Assembly: GCF_006345805.1 (NCBI RefSeq)
Contig: NW_021823747.1
Span: 1-21,328 of the forward strand
Length of the DNA: 21,328 nucleotides
Reading direction: 5' to 3'
Origin: Octopus sinensis
Lineage: Eukaryota
This document shows positions 18,735-21,328 of this stretch, piece by piece. The translations under genes and the position numbers were made by a program. Within the stretch, counting starts at the first letter, position 1. Each line of letters opens with the position of its first letter. A model generated the notes under the pieces. The model had not been told where the DNA came from. It made no database searches and saw only the letters and a list, made by a program, of their open reading frames with translations.

Positions 18735-19153
18735 CCTCTTTTACTCTTTACTCTCTTTTACTTGTTTCAGTCATTTGACTGCGGCCATGCTGGAGCACCG
18801 CCTTTTGTCGAGCAAATCGACCCCGGGACTTATTCTTTTTGTAAGCCCAGTACTTATTCTATCGGTCTCTTTTTGCCGAACCGCTTAGTGACGGGGACGT
18901 AAACACACCAGCATCGGTTGTCAAGCAATGCTAGTGGGACAAACACAGACACACAAACATACACAGACACACATATATATATATATACATATATACGACA
19001 GGCTTCTTTCAGTTTCCGTCTACCAAATCCACTCACAAGGTATTGATCGGCCCGGGGCTATAGCAGAAGACACTTGCCCAAGATGCCACGCAGTGGGACT
19101 GAACCCGGAACCATGTGGTTTGTTAGCAAGCTACTTACCACACAGCCACTCCT
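18735..19153 (-). mobile_element. tRNA-derived SINE, family A, near full length
   Basis: Colinear and highly similar to 1089-1511; box A TGGCTGTGTGG, box B GGTTCAGTCCC (19095-19105); tail unit TAAAAGAG repeated. Confidence 0.9.
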
Positions 19154-20192
19154 AAAATTTGTTTAGATTTGTTACTTGGAACTTAGTTTCACCATATTAA
19201 TAACTTCCGATTGAAAAAAATAGAATTACTTTACTATCATCGTCAACAGTTGTGTGGTATATGTATTACCAGACTGCAACTGTATGGTTCATATTCTGTA
19301 GCCTTGTACATTCATTGCAATGTTTTATACACACAAACATATTGTACTGTATCGTTGTGTAGTATATCAAATACAAAGGCAGAAATCAGTGAGTAGAGTT
19401 ATCTATGTTTCTGCCTTTATTTTTTTGTGCTTGCCTGTCTACCAGCATACCTATCTATCTATCTATCTATCTATCTATAACATGCGACATTATTGACCGA
19501 GGTTACCGCGGTCTTTTCCGTAGGCTTTTCTCTCCACGGATAAACCATATCTGCTTCCCGCTTTACACTTTACATTATGACATTTCTGTGATACACGATC
19601 TCTATTGGTCGTTTTTTGTTTCTTTTTTACGATCCCTTTTGATCGAAAACCTACCGCCCCTTTTATTTTTTTAATTTTAGATATTTTTCTCCCCCAAAAG
19701 TAAAGCTCTACTTTGTAATTCGTCCCCTCTGTGTTCAGCCCTATGTGGCTAATCAGGAAACATCTCTCGCTCTCTCTCTCTCTCTCTCTGCTTATTTCTT
19801 CAGATCTGTTAAACACTTGATTACGAACGGTCTTCATATTACTAGAACGATGTTCCTATCCTCTTCTCTCTTTCTGTCCGTTTTGCCTATATTTCTCGTT
19901 TGTTTCTCTGCCAGTATTTCCCCCATATATATCGGAAGAAACAAGGATTCGGTAAAAATTATTATTTTAATATTTGTATCACATAAAAATTTACATAAAA
20001 GTTGAACAGGAAAAAGCTTCTTTAGTTAATGCGATTTCTTTTTTTTTCTATTGCGAAAAATAATAAGCGGATTGCATTAAACTAAACTTTATATTACATA
20101 ATTAAAATAAAGAAATTTAATATTGCTTAAATATTTTTGCAATGACTTCTAATATTTACGAAGTCAATGACGTATTATATATATCTCTGACA

Positions 20193-20716
20193 ATGATGGT
20201 GATGATGATGATGATAATGATGATGATGTTGATGATGATGATGTTAATGATGATGATGATGATCGTAGTTATATAAATCCAATCGAATCAAATTAATGAA
20301 GCTAACAAATAAGAAAAAAAGCTAAACAAAAACGGAATGAAATCCGTAGCTGAATATATGACGGGGAAAGATTGGGGAAAAATTTGAGAACAGAAATTGG
20401 GATGTGAGATGTTATATAAAGCCATTCGTTTTCATGTTATTAATAATGGAAAGCAAATTTTACCCCATCCCACCCCGCCCCAACACTTCAAGTATTCTTC
20501 AACTTGAATAATAATGATAATAATAATAATAATGAAAATAATAATAATAATGATAATGATGATATAAATAATAATAATAATTACAGTAAATAGTAACGGT
20601 AGTATTAGTGATAATGATAGCAATGATGGTGGTGATGCTGATGATGATGCTGATGATGACCCTAATTATAATCAATGTAGTGATGATGATGGTGATGATG
20701 ATGCTAATAATAATAA
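20193..20716. repeat. (GAT)n and (AAT)n degenerate microsatellite blocks (20193-20263, 20507-20716)
   Basis: Read directly from sequence. Confidence 0.9.
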
Positions 20717-20796
20717 ATTTAATTCTCTGAAAATGAATTACGCCCCCATTTCCAACACTACATTCATTCACAAAGTCATTTTAGTCTATTGGTCAA

Positions 20797-20797
<1 letters not shown>

Positions 20798-20844
<47 letters not shown>

Positions 20845-20883
20845 TCAAATTCATTCACGAGGTCATTCTAGTCTATTTATCAA

Positions 20884-20923
<40 letters not shown>

Positions 20924-21033
20924 TATTGATTTTTCACATGTCAAAATAGTTTTTAACTTTATACATACATACATTATACATACATACATTATATATATAT
21001 ATATATATATAATCTATATATATATATATATAT
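20798..21033. repeat. Interrupted (TA)n microsatellites
   Basis: Read directly from sequence. Confidence 0.9.
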
Positions 21034-21293
21034 ATGGGGTGTCATTAATTATCCGCTGTACACATATTTTTCTTATTGGTAGGAAAATTCGTTGCACATC
21101 ATCAGATGTTGTCTCTCTTTGGCCATTGCAGTGCCGGTTTGAGGTTGAGACATTAGTGATTACGCCAGTTATCATGGCCGCTTCACTTTCTTTTGGTTAA
21201 AAAAAAAAAGCAGCGTTTAAGACTTTGTTTTATAGTCGCTGGAAGGGTATACCTAGGCAAAGTCCTCTGTCTTTCAAGTATTATATGTGGAAC

Positions 21294-21328
21294 AGTGGAG
21301 GCGTAATGGCCCAGTGGTTAGGGCGCGG
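21294..21328 (+). mobile_element. Family B SINE head, cut by the window end
   Basis: AGTGGAGGCGTAATGGCCCAGTGGTTAGGGC matches the heads at 9870 and 10605; box A TGGCCCAGTGG. Confidence 0.85.

Noticed and set aside
19495-19513. Small hairpin GACCG-A-GG-TTA-CC-G-CGGTC
   Set aside because: Short and imperfect, with no associated element ends
21033-21200. Possible Tc1/mariner left terminus (TATGGGGTGTCATTAATTATCC...)
   Set aside because: Only a vague resemblance; no partner TIR or transposase in the window

Overview
AT-rich animal (non-prokaryotic) DNA, very probably intronic or intergenic sequence from an octopus genome; this is inferred from recalled repeat families, not from a search. No protein-coding gene can be identified. 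Most ORFs in the track are (TA)n/(CA)n/(ATT)n microsatellite artefacts. About 4.5 kb is compound microsatellite with higher-order structure. The rest is dense in transposons: three tRNA-derived SINE families (A, B, C; at least 14 copies or fragments), two RTE-clade LINE 3' ends, one CR1-clade LINE 3' end, and an internally deleted pogo/Tigger-type DNA transposon interrupted by one of the RTE fragments. Best leads: (1) two hammerhead-ribozyme-like relics, one antisense inside a SINE tail (9530-9564) and one in a unique island within a (TA)n array (2944-2971); (2) a ~190-bp segment duplicated 2.9 kb apart whose homology ends just past a minus-strand GTAAG splice donor; (3) a fold-back palindrome at an RTE 5' junction; (4) a head-to-tail stack of four SINEs; (5) a pair of phased CRE palindromes. 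All alignments and counts were done by eye and are approximate.
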